NCBI GenBank assembly: GCA_030265395.1
Contig: JARFYF010000029.1
Coordinates: forward strand, 30,675,979-30,739,978
Reading direction: 5' to 3'
DNA from: Rhina ancylostomus
Taxonomy: Eukaryota
Length of the DNA: 64,000 bases
The position numbers were made by a program, and so were the translations under genes. Each line of letters opens with the position of its first letter. Within the stretch, counting starts at the first letter, position 1. The notes beneath the pieces were generated by a model. It had not been told where the DNA came from, ran no database searches, and saw only the letters and a program-made list of their open reading frames with translations. Below are positions 27,232-38,529 of this stretch, in pieces.

Positions 27232-28486
27232 GTAAGTGTATGTATTTTATTAACTTGGAGAGCACAGGATTTACTTTTTTTCTACATTTACTATATTGTA
27301 TGTAATATAGAATATTTATCACATTTTCACAGTTACTGCATGCTTGGTAAAAATACAAATTTCTATAACAGGTTGAAAGTTTAACCCATATTCTCCTACT
27401 TACTGACATATGTAATTTATCTATACTTATTATTCAGGATGTTGATGGACAAAACCACAAAATCCTAAACCTCACTCATCTCATTATTAGGGTACAGAGA
27501 CATTCCTGAAATCAAACACTTCCCATTTGCCCTATTCAGAAAACCCTCCCTGACCCACCGTTTGTCCCTCCAAGTCCCTCTCACATTCATCATTTACTGG
27601 ACCCAACTCAGTAGATGTGCCAGCACTTGTTTCTCTCCCCAACCGCTTATCTACCCTGTCCCCTTCAATCCCTCCTCCCAACTTTGCATCACTCTGTTCC
27701 TGTTTCCGTGTCTGTATTTCCACAGTCACATCTGCTCTCCTTCACTACAATTCAGTGTTATCTGGCAGTCATACCATGTGCTTTTTAGCTATCTCCCACC
27801 AGTTCTTGAGTCCATTTAATCATTGAGATCTGTCTCCTGGTCCCATGACAGTATTCCAACTAAATCTGCTGACAGCTTAACCTTGCACCCCATCCTCGCT
27901 GACATTTTAAATAACTGCATCATCTCTTGTACTGCCTAGCTTCCTTGCTAATCTGTTCTAACCATTGGCAGTCCTCAGACCTCCTGGCTACAGTTGTTGC
28001 AATCTTGTAAACCATCTCCTTATCTCCAACTTTCATCTCCTTGAATCCTTGAATTCCTCAACCTGTATTTATCTTTCCTGCAATTTCCTTGTTTTGCAGT
28101 GCAGAGGATATATTTGAAAATGAATAATATTTTAGCAGGACAAGACCATTTAAGCTATGAGGACTTCTGCAGCTCTTTGGCAGAGATAACTAATTAACTG
28201 CTCGCCTGTGCTCTGTCCTGAAGTTGTGTAAAATTGGCTTTTCCTTTTGAATGTCCATCCTGAAACTTGCACAAGCATTTTGGACAAGTCATTCCAGTTG
28301 AAGCTGAACTATGCAGTGATGCCTGGGTTTGTATATGCTCAGAGACAGAATTCCAAGCCATCATTGACTTGTTGTCAAGAGGATAGGCCTTGCCCTCAAT
28401 GTGTGCAAGATAGAGGTTCTCAAACAGTCTGCCCCTCATCACGTTGGCCACCAACAGTAAAGGTTCATGGCAAGAGTCTGGAAACT

Positions 28487-29160
28487 GAAGAGTCATGGAG
28501 TTGTACAGCACGGAAATAAGCCCTTCAGCCCAACTCGTCCATACCAGTCAAGGTGCCTTTCATTTGCTTGCATTTGGTCCATATACAGTGCCTCTAAACC
28601 TCTCCTATACATGTACTTGTCCAAATGTCTATTAAGCATTGTAATTGTACCTGCCTCTACCACTTCCTTTAGCAGCTTGTTCCATATACCTACCATCCAC
28701 TGTGTGATAAAGTTTCCCCTCAGGTCCCCTATAAATCTTTCCCCTCTCACCTTAAGCCTATGCCCTGTAGTTTTAGACTCCCCTACCAAGGGATAAAGGA
28801 CCATGACCATTCACCTTGTCTATGCCCCCCATGATTTTATAAATCTCAAAGTTCACCCTTCAGCCTCCTATGCTCCAGGGTAAATAGCCCCAACATATCC
28901 AGTCTCTCCTCGTAGCTCAAGCTGTCCAGTCCCGGCAACATCCATGTGAATCTTTTCAGCACCCTTTCTAGCTTAAGGATAGCCTTTCTATACTAGGTGA
29001 CCAGAACTGTTCTCAATATTCCAGGTGCAGTCTCTCTAATGTCCTGTACAGCTGTAACCTGACATCCCAACTCTTCTACTCAGTGCCCTGACTAATGAAG
29101 GCAAGCGTGCCAAACACCACCTTCACCACCCTGTCCACCTCCACCACTTTCAGGGTAGTA
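28487..29160 (-). mobile_element. CR1 LINE 3' portion
   Basis: ORF 28493..28810(-) ESKTTGHRLKVRGERFIGDLRGNFITQWMVGIWNKL, the typical CR1 ORF2 C-terminus. Confidence 0.9.
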
Positions 29161-29499
29161 TTTACTTGTATATCTTGGTAGCCACTCTTGGTAAGGGCAG
29201 ACATTGAAGGTCTTGGCAAATATAATCATCAATGTACCAGTGCAGCTTCTGGTCAATGGAAGAAAAGGGTATTTGAAGATCAAGACCTCAGACTTGGCAT
29301 GGGCTATGATCAGCAGTGATCCCTGAGACTCGGCATCCAATGGATAAGTATCCTTAGTAGGCAGACACTGATGGGAAAATGCTCCACTGCCTCCAGTGTG
29401 CCAGCACAGTGTTCAGTTGAGTGAGGAAAAGAATATTCATAGTGCAACACCTCGAACCTAGCAACAAGCTCATGTTGAGTGGTTAGCAGTGATCCCTGC

Positions 29500-30090
29500 C
29501 ATCCTATATACTTCAGAGACATAGACAACCTACAGTAGGCACCTCAAATCACTGAATTAACGCCATATCCCTGTCTCCACAAAGTCCTCCAAAATAATTA
29601 TCAGGATAGGCAAATCGATTTCAGTGTCCTCTGCCAGGCTATTGTGCTCAACACTGAGGCTTTGACCATGGTCAACCATATCACCCATATACCTGACACC
29701 AGACTCCCAACACTCCATTATAGCTCCATTATAGAGAGAGATTTTCAGGAATATAGAGGATAAAAGATATCCTCAAAGTCCGTTTGAAAAAGTATAACAT
29801 CCTTTCCAATTCTTTGGAATCCGTAGTCTGTGACTGCTTAAAATGGGGGAGATTCCAGGAAGGTACTGAGAACCTCAAGTGTCTCGGCAGGAAGCACTTG
29901 GAGGGCATCTGCACACAGCAGAAGGAGTGCATGATATCCCCAAAAAAACACCCATCCACTTCATCAAATATCACTTGCCAACCTGCAGTAGAGCCTGTGG
30001 ATCCCACATTAGACTCTGCACCCTCCTCAGGACTAACAGAATTGGAATAGAAACAAGCTATCTTCAACCCTGAGGGACTATCAAATAAGT
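29500..30090 (+). mobile_element. RTE-clade LINE 3' remnant
   Basis: KDILKVRLKKYNI..LESVVCDCLKW, then PTCSRACGSHIRL (C-terminal zinc-finger-like) in adjacent frames. Confidence 0.65.
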
Positions 30091-30092
30091 CA

Positions 30093-30123
30093 TGCAATTT
30101 GTTACCTCACCACCAGATGGCAC
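30093..30123 (+). promoter_or_regulatory. candidate CTCF site (core plus upstream motif)
   Basis: CCACCAGATGGCAC at 30110-30123 fits CCASYAGRKGGCRS exactly; TGCAAT lies 11 nt upstream. Confidence 0.5.
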
Positions 30124-30290
30124 ATTTTGCTGCAGTGCTGTGACTCATATTGCTATTTCTCAAATGTCAGATGAAGTTTTATATTCAAGAAAAAGCTAAG
30201 GTTTAATGTAATACATTTAAATACATTCCTAGTTATAACTGGAAGGGTAAAAGAACAAATTATATATCTACGGGAAAAATATTGTAATGT

Positions 30291-30540
30291 TGTAGCGACT
30301 TACCGATAACAAACCGGTTCCCACGATCGCAAGTGTCATCAGAGGCCCCGATCCAAGATGGCGTGGGGCACCCCTTCTTTGGGCTAGGAAATCCCGCACG
30401 CAGGAAGGGCACATGACCTGCGTGTGACATCAGCACGGGAACATTGAGTATTAAAGGGGCAGCGTGCCCCGGTCGTTCATTCAACTCTTCGACTTGAAAC
30501 AATTGTCTCGTGTCTTTATTCAGCGTAGCTAGCCGCTACA
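30291..30540. mobile_element. solo LTR, 250 bp (Gypsy-like)
   Basis: TGTAGCGACT...AGCCGCTACA inverted termini (TG..CA); 4-bp TSD ATGT on both sides; CpG-rich relative to flanks. Confidence 0.85.
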
Positions 30541-31039
30541 ATGTCATAAAATCACCAATTATAACAGATAATGCCAGAAATAATCAGCAACTCTGGGAAG
30601 AATTGTGGAAAGAGATACAAAATTCAGGTCAATGCAATCTGTTAACTTGGTTTCTCTGTCCACAGATGCTGCCGAGAATCTTGTTTATATTCTGCTTTTA
30701 TTTTCAATTAATAGCTGTATTTTCTTGCATGTATTCACATAAACCTTGCTGTTTCACATTATGGAGGAGTAATCATTAACTGAATCTTGATTCTGAAGGT
30801 GGTAGATTGGTCGGCTTCTCGCAGCACCCTGGAATGCATGGTTGGGTGATGTGTGGGTTATTGCACTCTTTGGGAATTCTGAATCTCAGGGTTGTTATGG
30901 CAGGGAAATGTTGAGCAGACCCAAACTGCCCCTGAAGAAAAGTGGAAGAAGAAAATGTCCATGAGACTTTTTCCTCTTGGCAGTAGTTGACAAATAATTG
31001 AGGCATAAGCAGCATAACCACCTGCTCTCTCTCTGCATT

Positions 31040-31552
31040 TGGAAGGTCTGGAGAGATCAAGGAGAAAAGCAGAGAAAGTACAAGGATCTTGTCCAATCGC
31101 TTACACCCAAGGGTTTTAAAGGGAGTGGCCGCAGAGATAGTTGACCCATTGGTCAAGGTTTAGACGAATGAGAGAAGATCTTTTTGAAATATGAGATTCT
31201 AAAGGGGCAGGACAGGGTAGATGTTCAGTGTCCCTACTAGTAGGGAAGTCTTGAATGAGGGGATATGGTTACAGGATTAGGGGATGGTCATTTAAAACTG
31301 AAGGGTGTGGGAATTTTTTTTTAGAGTGTGGTGAATCTCTGGAATTCTTTACCCTGGAGGGCTGTGGAGGCTGGAGGTATTTGAAGAGGAGGTAGAATCA
31401 TTTTTGAATGATCAGGGAATTTAGGGTTATTGGGACTGGCACAGAAGAGGGGCTGAAGCCTGGTGCTGATCAGCCACGATCATATTGAATGGCAGAGCAG
31501 GCTGCTGGGGCTGAGTGGGCTACTCCCACTTCTATTTTCTTGTGTTCTTGTT
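31040..31552 (+). mobile_element. internally deleted CR1 LINE
   Basis: cacccaagggttttaaagggagtggcc (HPRVLKEVA-like) joined to CR1 3' end gtggtgaatctctggaatt..gatcagccacgatcatattgaatggc. Confidence 0.8.
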
Positions 31553-31595
31553 CTCAAGGAAGAAGAAATAAACCATTATTTTTTTTATCACGCAG

Positions 31596-31675
31596 GGTAG
31601 AAGGATGTATGGCACATTGCCCAAAGGACATGCTATTTGATGAAGTCACACTCAGATGTGTTCATCCAGAGGACT
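31596..31675 (+). CDS. OTOGL: otogelin-like exon, TIL domain end
   Basis: cgcag|G VEGCMAHCPKDMLFDEVTLRCVHPED T|gtgagt. Confidence 0.92.
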
Positions 31676-31964
31676 GTGAGTGTCTCGGTTTATTGAAATC
31701 ATTTTCATTTCCTTGGTTATTATTTATTAAGGTGAGGGATGAAAGATGCAGTGAAAATCTTCACTAATAAGTATTTAATATTTCTAGACCATTTATATTA
31801 TACTTTAATGTTAATGCTTTGAATTGTTCCTCCTATTTCCACTGAATGCTCCACTTTCTCACGAGCTCACAAGACAAAGGAGCAGAAGTAGGCCATTCGG
31901 CCCATCGATTCTCAATGTCAATTCACTCAGAATTTAGATACAAAACAAGAAACTTATTTTTCTT

Positions 31965-32510
31965 CAGCTGTGGTTTGGTTGGTAGTACTCTTGACTCTGA
32001 GGTAGAAGTTTGTGGCTTCAAGTTCCACTCCTGAGGACTGAGATTATGTGCAGCAGTTAGGGAGGCACAAGAGACTGCAGATGCGGGAATCTGGATGTGC
32101 AACACAAGATGCAGAAGGATTCCAATGGGTCAGGCAGCATCTATGGAGGGAAATGGACCGTTGACATCTTGGGTCAAGACCCTTCATCTGTACAGTACTT
32201 AGGGAATGCTTTTTCATCAGAAGTGTCACCTTTCTGATGAGACATTGTCTGCTCTGTAAGATGTCGCTTCTTCAATAAAAAGCAGAGGAGATGTTTCCTT
32301 GTGTCCTTGCCAATGTTCATCAATCAATCACCATTACTGGAATAGATAACCTCTGCATCATTGTATTGCTCTTTGTGTGAACACTGTATGGAAATAGGCT
32401 ATCACATTTCCCGTTTTACAACAACAGTACCAAAGTACTTCATTGGCAGTGAACTGCTTTAGGATGTCTGAACAGACTGTGAAAATTGCTATATAATTGC
32501 AAGTCTTCCT
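31965..32510 (+). mobile_element. DeuSINE-like (SacSINE1/AmnSINE-related) element with a nested MITE fragment at ~32070-32195
   Basis: tRNA-like head (ttggtagtactcttgactctgag..ttcaagttccactcc), Deu-like core (gtcacctttctgatgagacatt..agcagaggag..gtgtccttgccaat), tail gctatataattgcaagtct; family assigned from memory. Confidence 0.65.
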
Positions 32511-32863
32511 TATTTTTAATTTATTAAGTGATTTAAGTCTTTGGCATGATATTGTCATAGAAATATCATACATGATGAAGCAAAACTAAAACTAATAAAA
32601 CTGTACAGTTCTTATAACTAATAATACTTGTAATTAAATTAATGCCTAACATAAGTTAAAATAGTTTAGATCTAAAGATATCCTAAAGAGATCTGTCACT
32701 AGATCCATAATCCATAAATGGAAAAAACACAAGTATGCAAAATTCCTTTTCTAAGAATGAAATTAGGGAAATAATGGCAACTTCAATGAAAGCAATAAAG
32801 ATTATGGATTTGACTGTAGTACTTGTAATAATTAATGATATATTAATTGTTATTTTCTAACAG

Positions 32864-33699
32864 GTATCAATGTAACCGCAACAGATTTACCTTATCTAAC
32901 ACCTACGACAACAGAAGCAGCATACAGATCACCCACCACACCAATGACTCCATCAGTAAGAGAGTTAACAACTTCCATTACTGGCCCATTGCCAGCTCTT
33001 TCAACAATGAGAACAGTTACCTCAAAAACCCTGGTAACTACTCCTACATCAGCTTACACAACATCTTTGACATCCACGGAACTTTCAATTTTAAGTTCTA
33101 CAAAGACCACGCTAACGTCTGTCGGGAGTATCAGAACAACAAATGGGACAACAGCAGTTCCAGGCCAGCTTAGAACTTCCATTTACACTACTGGAAAGAT
33201 GCCTCCTTCCACAAGTATGGTTTTTCCAACCACATCTGCTAGCAACAGATCTGAAGTGATTACTTCCTCAACACACGTTGCAGAAACTACTGTTCTGCCA
33301 GAAGTTATGAAGACTCAGTATAGTACACCCACTGAAAGCACAACAGCTGCATTGAGTCAACAGACAACAGTAGAGAAGGCTGAAATCAGAACTGAGGAGA
33401 TTACCAGCCAGTCTGTAGCACCAGTCACCATGAGCAGGACAACCACCCTCACTCCAGAAATGCATGTCACTCTTGAAACAACACCAGCTTCCCCAGTTTC
33501 AGCTTCTTCTACGAGTGTTCAGGAGAAAGCCACATCAGAACTGTTCACGACATCACTAACTACTCCTTCTACTCTGACAGCACCTATTTCTGCAGCTGCA
33601 ACTAGTCCTCAGCCAGAAGCTACAATGACATTTGGTATCTCAACGATACCCTTTTATTCTCAAACCGAACCACCATCAGTGACTCCAGCACCGTGCACA
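32864..33699 (+). CDS. OTOGL: otogelin-like large exon, Thr/Ser/Pro-rich mucin (PTS) domain, ~278 aa
   Basis: taacag|GT ATC AAT GTA (CINVTATD..) is in frame with ORF 32944..33777; ends ..TPAPCT|gtagga; strongly T/S/P-biased. Confidence 0.88.
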
Positions 33700-33829
33700 G
33701 TAGGAGCACATTTAGCTTTCCTTTTCTTAAACAAAACCTATAAAATTAAAAACAGAAAAATTGCCAGGATTCTTTAAGTGCATGTTGGAAATTTGAATAA
33801 ACTTGTATTTTTTTTAATATTAGCTCATA

Positions 33830-34121
33830 CAGGTCCTCCCCAGATTACATCAGGGTTCCGTTCCTGAGAACTGTTCATAACCCGAGAGTTTGCAAATTGG
33901 AAAAATCTGCCACCTGGCAATATATTGAAATAAAAAAATAGGCAGGGAATAGTTAAACCAGGGCAGTTAACTCAGCCATTCAGATATTGCCACAAGCTGT
34001 GTTCCCACACAGCAGAAGATGTCTGCAGCAGCCAATAAATCCATCAAGCCAGTCTCCCAAATCCTCCTTTGTACGTAGGGGCTGTGCACAAGTCAGAGGT
34101 TCATAACCTGGGGAAGACCTG
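33830..34121. mobile_element. Tigger/pogo-like MITE
   Basis: TIRs caggtcctccccagatta ... taacctggggaagacctg (16/18 match); TA on left flank, CA on right (mutated TA TSD). Confidence 0.75.
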
Positions 34122-34184
34122 CATTAGTATGTATTATTGTTTGATATGTTTCCTTCAGAAGAAAAATAAATATTTCTTTCTCCA

Positions 34185-34720
34185 TCATAGACTCATACGG
34201 CATGGAAACAGGCTGGTCTACCTACCACATCCTCACCCACCAGTGGGCACCCATCCGTAATTAATCTCATCTTCCAGCACTAGGCCCATTACCTCTATGC
34301 TGAGGTGATTCAAGTGCTCATCTAGACACTCAAATACTATTAAGTGACTCTTCTCCAGCACTCTCAGGCAGTGCATTCCAGTTCACTCTTTAGGTGAAAA
34401 AGGCCGCCTTAGATGATTCCCTCTAAATCCCTTATCCCTTATCCCTTACTTTGAATCTATGTCCTGTAATTTTATCTACCTCTGATATGGAGCAAAGTTT
34501 CCTGCAGTCTATCCCTCTGCACCCTCTCCAGGTTATCCTTCTTATAGTGTGATGACCAGAAACGCACAGTACTCCAGCCGAGGCCTGACCAATGTTTTAT
34601 GAAGTTGAAGCATCCCCTCCCTGCTCTTGTATTCAACACCTGACTGAAGGCCAGTATCACATATGCTGCCTAAGCCATGTTATTAACCTGTGCTGCCACC
34701 TTCAAGGATAGAGTCATAGA
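34185..34720 (-). mobile_element. CR1 LINE 3' portion
   Basis: ORF 34472..34660(-) FWSSHYKKDNLERVQR; CR1 3' UTR. Confidence 0.8.
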
Positions 34721-35019
34721 TCTTTGAAATGTGCACCTGGGTACTTGACATTACTCCCCTCATTATCCCTCCCAATGATAATTGCTCCTCCCAACCAGTT
34801 ATCTAGTATTAAGCCTTTAGGTTTTTTTCACATGAGTATCATCATGTCAGGCTATATTACAATCATTCAACATCACTGACGCTTCTTCTCAGGAAGATAT
34901 TTTCCTGCCAGTTTTATGCTTCCTTAAAAGAAGTGCCCAACCAATGTATAGTGTAGCTTGGACAGATGTAAGTTGTATACTTAGGCAGGCAAATTTACAT
35001 TAGAAAACTCTGATTCTTT

Positions 35020-35660
35020 TTGTTAATTAATGAGCTGTGGGCATCACACACAAGATCAGCATTTGTTGTCCATCCCAAGAGAAGATGGTGGTGAGCTGCC
35101 TCTTCCAGTTGCTGCAATCTGTGTGGTGNNNNNNNNNNAGGTATGGTGCTCCAGAATTTTACCAGCTATCACAGCCCCACTCTGACAGCCATGTCCTTTA
35201 GGTCAGTCATCTTGGTTACTAGAGGCACTACTGAGATGTTCTTAGTGATGGTCATTGAAGTCTTCAACACAGACTATATTCTATGTCCTCACAACCTTGG
35301 GACCTCTCTTGAAATAGTGGTCAACATGGAGGAGCACTGACTCATCAATGGAAGGAACTAGTAGATAGACACAAGAGCAGATTCCTTTACCCCACTTTGA
35401 CCAGATGTCTTGAGTCTTTCAGTGGATGGAAAGTTGATCATGCGGACTTCCTGGTTCCCATCCTCATGACTGTGCTCCTCCCACTGGTGGATTGTGCTCT
35501 CAGTGGAGCAGGACATACCCAGAGATGGTGAGAGAGAAATGTGGGATGATTCTGCAAGCAGGAATTTGCAAGGGTTTTGAATGACTAGTCTATAGATTTT
35601 GATGCATTCCCAGATGTTAGTGAGGAGAACTTTGCAGAGTTATCTTGGCTGGAAACCAAT
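35020..35660 (-). mobile_element. degraded L2-like LINE
   Basis: Reverse complement of the 3' end seen at 51030-51250 (gtgggcatc..cagcatttgttgtccatccc..ggtggtgagctgcc). Confidence 0.55.
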
Positions 35661-36584
35661 GTCCAAGGCCTTTAGTGGGAAGACTAAAAGTCAAATTTTC
35701 TTTTCAAAGTGTTAGATGTACAAAGTATGTGATTGCGTTCATAATGCTTGAATAATCCAAGAAATTGCCACATATTAACACTGACCATACACTTCTTCAA
35801 GAAGGGAAGCCTTGTTTTTGTAAGGTTCTTATTTACTTGTTTAGGATTTGGCTCAAAATATATCATTAGCTTCATCATAAAACCATTTTTCTACCCAGTC
35901 TGGAAGAGAAAGCATTTATTCAATGCATAAGGGTTCAATTAATGTCCTGAAGAGAAAAAAATTGAATATCTCCAGATGTCTCGCCATGATATTAGAACAA
36001 ATAATTGATTTGAAAGTTAAACATGACAGACTTTGCCATCTGAATGCCTTATTTTTCATATGAGTGATTTCAATCATGCATTGTGTATTGGTTGAGGGCT
36101 CTTAGCACATCCGATCATCATACGTTTGCAGGAGTATGCCACAGTTTTCAGGTGGGGCAATCCATGCACAGGACTTGGTTTTCAATATAATTCTATTGTG
36201 TAGTGCATAAAATGGTTGAGGTACACATTAGAATTTATAGGACCTGGAGTTTTTGCTTTATACTCTTCTCTCCACCCTAAAGTGATTTGGTCTTTAACTG
36301 TGAGTTTTGGTTTGATGAAACAAATGCAGTGAGCAAAAGATGCCATTAATTATAGGGGCATAGATGCCATTAATTATAGCTCTCTAATATTTACGATAAT
36401 TTCCATCTTTTGAACCAAAGTGCCATGATTATTTGTCAAATGCTGATTTATATTTGGAACAAGACATTGCAACAGATTTGTCACAACTCAGTAATCTTCT
36501 TACCAAGTGTTATTTAATTTTGCTTAGTGAATGCACTATGTATATCTTCTGATATTCCTTTCAATTCTGTGTTATTTCTTCCAG

Positions 36585-36678
36585 TGCCCTTTTAATGTGA
36601 CACAGCCAAGTTGTGGTTTTCTGGGAATGCCTGTCCAAATCAACAGTGACAGGTGCTGTCCACAATGGGAGTGTCCAT
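36585..36678 (+). CDS. OTOGL: otogelin-like exon, Cys-rich segment before last VWD
   Basis: ttccag|CPFNVTQPSCGFLGMPVQINSDRCCPQWECP T|gtgagt. Confidence 0.92.
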
Positions 36679-37799
36679 GTGAGTGCTGGTTTTGGATTTG
36701 TGCCGCACCATATCAGGCAACGTACTTACAGAAAACCTTACCACAGATAACAAGATGCAAAGGGGGGAAGTGCACAAATACAACATAGAACAAGTACAGT
36801 TATTCCTGAAATTGAAAATCCAAAAATCCACAGATGCTGGAAACCTGAAATAAATAAAACAAAATGCTGGAGCAGCATCTGTGGAGAGAGAAATGGAATT
36901 GATGTTTCAGGTCAATGACCTTTCATCNNNNNNNNNNATTTTTTCCCTGTTATTCGTGTGCGTTTGTTTGCTCATCTGTTCCAATTTTAAATATTTCAGT
37001 TTATTTGACTGCAGTGTCACTGATTCTAAATGTAAAGGTGTAGGAATCACTGAGCACCAAATCTGTCACTTGGTTTGCCACTGCACAGTACATGGGGTCC
37101 ATCAGTGGAGGCCTGTCCTGCTGAGATTCCCAGCATTACATTATGGAGTTGCCTTTTGAATCCTGCACCAGGTCAGAGCTGGCACAGGGATCCAAGACAA
37201 CATTGCTTTTCATTGGGGATTATAGCCCTGGTTATCAGGAGATTAAAAAATTATTTTTATTTATTATTATTTAACTTTTTGGTTTAATGTGTTTAATCAT
37301 TGAGTTTATTTTTGTTTAACTCTTATTTTTATAAAGAATAGTAACTATTAATTATAATTTATTTTCTTTGACTTTAATCATATTGATTAAAGCCTGAATT
37401 TCAGAGACATTAAACAACATTAAAATCAATGATACCTTTGATGGAACCCAAAATTTTATCTCCAGCTTTGCCCTTGGTCAGAGGGCATTTTCCCTTGGGT
37501 ATTACAAATATAGGAGTGTATTTAGCCCATCAAATCCATGCTGATGCCTACGAAAGCAGGGCCCCTCCCCTGTCCTCATTTCCTCTTTTTACCTCTAANN
37601 NNNNNNNNNNNNNNNNNNNNNNNNNNNNNNNNNNNNNNNNNNNNNNNNNNNNNNNNNNNNNNNNNNNNNNNNNNNNNNNNNNNNNNNNNNNNNNNNNNGA
37701 AAGCAGGGCCCCTCCCCTTTCCTCATTTCCTCTTTTTACCTCTAACATTTTCTCTCTCATATTCCCATCAACTCACTTTTGATTCTTTGCCACTCGCTC

Positions 37800-37985
37800 A
37801 CACTAAGTGGTAATTTACAAAGCTAATTAAGCTTTCAGCCTCCCCATTCGAGATGTGGGAGGTGGGAGCACCCAGCAGAAACCTATACAGTCACAGAGCA
37901 TGCAAACTCCACACAGACAGCAAAGTTAGGATTGAACCCAGGTCACTGGAGCTGTGAGGCAGTACTGCTAACTACTGTGCCACTT
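37800..37985 (-). mobile_element. V-SINE-like element
   Basis: tgtgggag..gagcaccc..gaaacc..gcaaactccacacagacag..attgaacccaggtcactggagctgtgaggcag..gctaactactgtgccac. Confidence 0.75.
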
Positions 37986-38243
37986 CATGGGTGGGGTGAG
38001 GTGAGGTGGAACCTCCATACTATGCCATTTTGGCAAGCCACAGGAAAACTCAGCCTGGAGTAACTCAGTGTGGCTAGAGACCTAATGTAATAAATCTTTG
38101 CTTCTATTTACTCTTTTCCTAGTTTGGAAACTGCATCACAGGTCCCCCATTAAGTTTACGTTTGTCCAATGCAAATAAAATTCTACATCTATATTTTACA
38201 ATTTTTTTAAGCTAAAATTATTTTTTTAAATTTACTTTGTCAG

Positions 38244-38386
38244 GTCGCTGCTCAATGTTCTCTGACCTACACATCATTACATTTGATGGCAATGATGTAG
38301 GAGTTTATGATGCTGCAGCCTATGTACTGACTCTGTTACCACAAGAAACTATTGTTGCTCACATTGAACAGTGTCCAACCCGTGAG
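38244..38386 (+). CDS. OTOGL: otogelin-like exon, start of last VWD
   Basis: tgtcag|..RCSMFSDLHIITFDGNDVGVYDAAAYVLTLLPQETIVAHIEQCPTRE|gtaact. Confidence 0.92.
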
Positions 38387-38529
38387 GTAACTAATCACTT
38401 CTCTATAGCTAGTATCTGACACTGAAAGAAAATTTAGAACTTTCATTAAAAATCAGTGCATTAAGTTACTTTAGCAACTGCCATCAGAGTTTCCAAAATG
38501 ATACGTTATTAATCATTAATGTTATTAAG

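Noticed and set aside
36421-36490. IICQMLIYIWNKTLQ as the missing post-mucin exon
   Set aside because: Only superficial similarity; no donor at the expected position and no convincing acceptor.
37552-37745. 47-bp direct repeat flanking a 100-N gap
   Set aside because: Near-identical sequence (1 mismatch) abutting both sides of a gap is a typical unmerged contig overlap or heterozygous site, not biology.
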